Below are positions 59,230-64,000 of a stretch of 64,000 nt of DNA, one piece after another. Location: assembly GCF_963921235.1 (NCBI RefSeq), contig NC_086106.1:33976001-34040000 (forward strand). The letters run 5' to 3'. The notes below the pieces were generated by a model. It was not told the DNA's origin, searched no databases, and saw only the letters and a program-made list of their open reading frames with translations. The translations under genes and the position numbers were made by a program. Origin of the DNA: Mobula hypostoma (lineage: Eukaryota). Position 1 is the first letter of the stretch. Each line of letters begins with the position of its first letter.

Positions 59230-62200
59230 TTGCTTTCACTCCAGGGGCAGGAACGTTCCCCACTCTCCGTCCCTGCCAAGCCCTTCATGTGCACGTCGTG
59301 TCTCTGTATTACAATCAATGTACCGACTCCCCGGCCGGTATTTCAGACAGAACTCATTAGTAGACAACGCAGCAACCACAGATGGCCTGTGGCACCAATT
59401 TCACCGAGGTCAGGATGTAAGGAAATGGATTGTTGTCCGTCCTCACCTCGAACTAGTCAGCATGCATATAGACACTTAGCTTATCCACTACAGCCCATTT
59501 CAAAGCCAGGAACTCCAAATTGTGTGTGGGGTAGTTTCGCTCAGAGGGTGAGTGACTCCAGCTGACAAAAGCGACAGGTGTCAACCCTGTGCTCTGATCA
59601 CGATACAGAACTCCCCGAAGCCTTGTCTGCTGGCATCCGTATGCGGTACATGCGGCAATCGGGGGTTTACAAAAGCCAGCACAGTCTTTTTCCTCAGCTG
59701 TTCCTTTCGTAACTGAAAGGCCTCTTCACATTTCGGATCCCATCTCGCTCCAAAAAGCTCCGAGTGGCTAAAATAATCTTTACCAGCTTCTCTTTTGGTC
59801 CTCCTCCCTTTCTTCCCCAAGAGACTGTAACAGCACAGAAGCTGATGTACGTGGTAACTCACCTTACAGTTGTCCTTCACGAACCTCCGTTATTTCTCAC
59901 AGAATCCAAGGAAGGAGGGCAGGCCGCTCACAGACTGGAGACTTGGCCATGTGGTCGCCGCCTCTATCTTAGACAGATCATTAGCTACTCCATCCGCTGA
60001 GACTACGTGCCCCACATAGTTGACAGGCGTCCCATACTTGTCCAGGGAAAGTTTTACCCTGCATCTTTCAGGAAGCCCTGCACCTTTCAGTAGCATAGCC
60101 TCATATTCTTTCAACGTGGACTGGAATACTGTGAGATAATCCAGGTACAGCAACACCTTAAGGAAGTTCAGATCCCCCACGGCTTTCTCCATGACATGCT
60201 GGAAAGTCGCCAGGGGCTCCTGATATGCCCTGGGCTACCCTTTCAAACTGGAAGAATCCCAGTAGCCGTCTTCTCTTTCTCTGCCTCACTCATGGGTGTC
60301 TGGTAATATCCACTCCTGACGTCCATCGCACCACTCAGGCAGGCCAACGCGTCCACCATTCTCGGAACAGTATACTGGTCGGCGACTGTACGCCCGTTAA
60401 GAGCCAGATAGTCCACACACATCTGTACCTTCCGATTCTTCATCCTGGTCACCATTATTAGAGACGCGTAAGGGCTTCTGGACTCAGTGATGATCCCAGC
60501 TTCCTTCAGCTTCCGCAGATGTGGCCGAACGTCCACACCTCTGCAAGCGCCAGTCGCCGCGACCTGTCTCTGAACGGGGTGTTCTCTGTCTCCCGAATGG
60601 TGTGGCGAGTGCTCCTGGAACAACCCACATCAAACTCGTCAGTGGGAAAGACATCTTCCAGCTTCAACATCTTCTCTATCAAACTTCCCTTCCATCTTCC
60701 AGATACCGGGTAGTCCCCAAAGTTGAATGACTCGGCAGTCAAATTTCCCTGTTTTGGAGAGAGTTTCTTCCCGACTTGTCTCACAGAGACACTAGATTTT
60801 ACCGTCACCGGAAAGAGGTGTTCCACTGGCATATGCCGGCTAAGGTGTCCGAGGTGTTCCTGAGAATCACTGTCATCCTGTTGACTTGTGCAACCGGGGG
60901 CTTCTGCAGCTCGAGTGTCACCAATACCCCCGCAGGTAAGGATGACTTCTCTTCGTGGTCTTCCGGAGAATCCACCAAGAGGTCCTTGACATCAGGTATT
61001 CCGGGAAATTCGGGGTTTCCCGTCACTTTAGCTACTTCCTCAGGCCGTAACACGACTGGTTTGGACTGGGTTTACCACACAGTCCCCCGTTTATGCTCAT
61101 CATCCAGCCCAGTGTGGCTACACACTTCCTCAGAAGCAGCTCGGAACATGAGCTAAATAGACAATGTTCGCTGAAAACTCTCTCCAACTTTCTCCTTGCA
61201 GACTCCCATTAGCCTTTTCACAATAGGGGTATTCGTCCCCAAAAGAACTGAAGCTTCGCCCTTTTCGACCGGGTCCGGACAAACTAACACAAATGTACTA
61301 AGGGCCTCAGCTGCTCCCACGTCTGTCTCCTAAAATCTCCAGATTCAAGAACAAGTGACAATTATACGGGTAGTCATCCGTACTAAGACTCCAGATCTCT
61401 CGCGCACTGAATTGTGTCAATGGTAAATGCGTCAAATACCGGCTGTAAAACAAACGGTACAGCAGAGTAACCTGAGAGCCTGTGTCAAATGTGGCTCTGA
61501 CATAAATACCCTCGATCCGTAGCGATACACTGGAGCTTGGCCCCACTAAGCCTTCAGGAATAGGATATTTTGCTTTAGGGTCTTCGTTGATATATTGATT
61601 GGAACATATTCTCCCGCCCCCCCTCCCCCACCCCTGAGAAGCCAGGACGTTCCCTCACTGGGTTCCAAGTTTCCGACGTCTTTCTCCGCTAAGGTAGCTG
61701 GGAGCTCACTCTCCGAAGATTTCCCGGCTCACACTCCCGCCGGAAGTGTTTGTCTTCCCCACAGTTATCGCAGACTATACCGGTCGCTCCCCTTCCCGCG
61801 AGAACCCATTCACTAGCAGCCCACTGCTTCGTCCGTCCCCTCAGGGAGTTCGACTCCCAGTCGGCTTTGTCATGCGGAGTGGTCGCACCCGCAGGTAACA
61901 ACATAGGTGTCGCCGTTTTAAACTCTGGTACGAGTTGCCTTATCACTACCGAGAGAGGGCTATCAGGGATCACTGGCAACCGAGGCTACTACCGTGGAAT
62001 GTACCCTGCTGACGGAGATCTGACGCGCCTCTGTCGCATTCTCTTCCTCTCTTAATTCTCTGATCAGCTCGACAAACCAGGGAGTGGGGCGCATCTTCCG
62101 AGACATTGGAAGACCCCAAGCGATCATGTCATGTGTCTGTGCGCCTTTCAGATAGACAGCGATCTTGGGGGTCCATGTCCACAGCTCTCTCAGAGTGGCA

Positions 62201-62230
62201 GCACAACTTGATAGTGTGGTAAAGAAAGTG
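59230..62230 (-). mobile_element. Degraded Gypsy internal region (gag CCHC, protease, RT, RNase H fragments)
   Basis: CDNCGEDKHFRREC (61689-61979), ATFDTGSQVT (61307-61546), SPYAS...CVDY..LN and D..SGYYQ (60243-60623), LYLDY RT motif (59890-60192). Confidence 0.85.
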
Positions 62231-62600
62231 CATCTCATGTTTGCCTTTATTAGTTCGAGATATGTGTTCAAGCCTCAGGAACTAAAGTTGCAATTTGATA
62301 TGTGCGGAAGAGGTTTATAAGGATTCTGTCCAGATTAGAGGTAATGTTCGTATAAGGAGAGCTTTTGGAGACTAGGGTTGTTTATGCTTGAGTGGCCTAC
62401 GAAGGGGAGACCTGAGAGCACGTTAGAAAATTATGGGAAGCATATAAATTGCAGGACGCCGAAATATTTTCAACAGGATTGAAGTGTGTAATACTAGAGG
62501 GCATGCATTGATGGTGAGACGGAAATTTGAAAAGAGAGGTGCGGGCCATGTATTTTACAAAGAGACTGATGTGGTTTTGGACTCGTCACTCGCATCCTCA
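62230..62600 (+). mobile_element. CR1 3' fragment
   Basis: Degraded 'aagaggtttataaggattctg...aactagagggcatgc' CR1 3' text. Confidence 0.6.
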
Positions 62601-64000
62601 GTCTTGATTTCGTTATGAAATATTATTTTCTGTTAGTGGCAATCGAATGAATAAATTCCATAGACGAGAGAACCAAGATCAAAGACCATGTTTCTATGAT
62701 AGAGCCACGCCTGTTCAGTGACAACATTTGAGGTGGCCGAGTATTCCAACAAAATACTTCATTATCTCTTGAAATTAATGTGCTACCCATGTTAGAGCAA
62801 TAACCAAGGCGCAGAAAAAAAATTGAAAGCAAATTGAAGTCGATATTCATAACTTTGTAAGTCTAACAAGAGAACACGTAATGGTATTGCCGTGACTTTA
62901 TGCATGTGCATTCATACTGACAGCTTAGGGTGATTCTTGATTCCCGTTACCATGTTATCATTGTCTGGCTGTAAGGATCTTGGTGCTTAAAATCAGCTGA
63001 TGGAGCTGTGAAAAACAATTCCTCTCTTCGTTGTTCCATTCTGTTGTGAAAGAATAGCCCAACAAAAGAATGTAACGTGCTGAACGACCAGTAAATGACC
63101 GTTGCGTCCTTATCTTAAGTCGCCATCCGTTATTGCCCATCTGTTGTTCATTGAAAACCGCAGCATCTGGGGTCACGTTTGCCCCTTGCTGCTTTTAGAA
63201 GGAGGCGCTCGCTTAATTTCAAGAAGTAAAACTATGAGATGGGACACTGAATACAATTATTGACAGATAGAACAGGTGGGTGGAGGCTTCAGTAGTTTTG
63301 TACAGCTGTTTCAGTGAGCGGAGCTGCCACCTGCCCTGCGTTGAAAATCAAAGCCACAAGCATATTCATTGGTGATGTTGAACGAAAGTGAACATCTGAT
63401 TTCAATTGAGTCTTTAACCTATGACTTTCCAATACACGTCTTTTGTACAGTGGCCTCAGAAACTTGCTAGCCTCAGAAAATCTTCAGATATGATTTTATA
63501 ACCGATCACCAGTACGATTAATATATACAGATGCCCAATATTGCGTGTGCGCTTCAAGCACACACTTATCAAAACATTAAAACTCTGTTTCTCTAAATGA
63601 TTTTGGAATTAATAATGGGAAACACCAAGACAGCAGATGATATTTTAAAAGCTGTTTTGTGCCCTATTTCGTCTGAAGTTACATTCCAGAACGAGTGAGG
63701 ACAAAACTTGGAAAGAAGGAGTGAATTCAGTTCTATTACAATCGGCAGGTTAGTAGTACTGAGCCAATTGATGGAGCACGGGATGGCAAGTCTCCGTGTT
63801 TGATAGATTTATACAAGAGTCTGAAAAGTGGTGGCTGCTATGATGGCTTTTGACTTTCCAAACAACATTAGATTGTCGCTGAGATTTTAGTGGATGGACC
63901 TGAAGTTCAATAACGGATTGCAATTCAATGTATCACATATGTGGAAGGAGGTCTTCAAATTTGTTCAGCCTTTCTGATTTCTATATGGCAAAACTACTAT

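Overview
Vertebrate genomic DNA from a cartilaginous fish; the repeat landscape suggests a ray or skate, which is an inference. Most of the window is transposable elements: CR1, Rex1/Babar-like and Ingi-like LINEs, Penelope-like elements, Gypsy LTR elements, tRNA-derived SINEs and a Tigger-like MITE. The main host locus is an unrearranged IgNAR (heavy-chain-only antibody) cluster on the minus strand. In order it has an octamer+TATA promoter (~50070-50103), leader exon (49937-49979), V exon (49537-49808) with a 22-bp RSS, D1 (12/22 RSS), D2 (12/12 RSS), one J (23 RSS), an 11.5-kb TE-expanded intron, and C1, C2 and C3 exons, all in open frame with GT/AG junctions. Several features depart from shark IgNAR as I know it. 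There are only two D segments. The V has extra Cys at 33 and 84, which fits none of types I-IV. D1 encodes Cys in all three frames. J has a germline Cys and NRTG instead of (Y/W)GxG. No C4, C5 or TM exon is recognisable in the 33 kb downstream; there is only a candidate stand-alone tailpiece exon. A second notable structure is a four-LTR, TRIM-like tandem array (13425-20030). It has ~160-bp internal segments, a 5-bp TSD and a tRNA-independent (Tf1/sushi-type) self-priming signature. A Penelope-like element with inverted terminal repeats and a 13-bp TSD sits ~1.1 kb upstream of the IgNAR promoter. All family assignments come from motif recognition; no database search was run.
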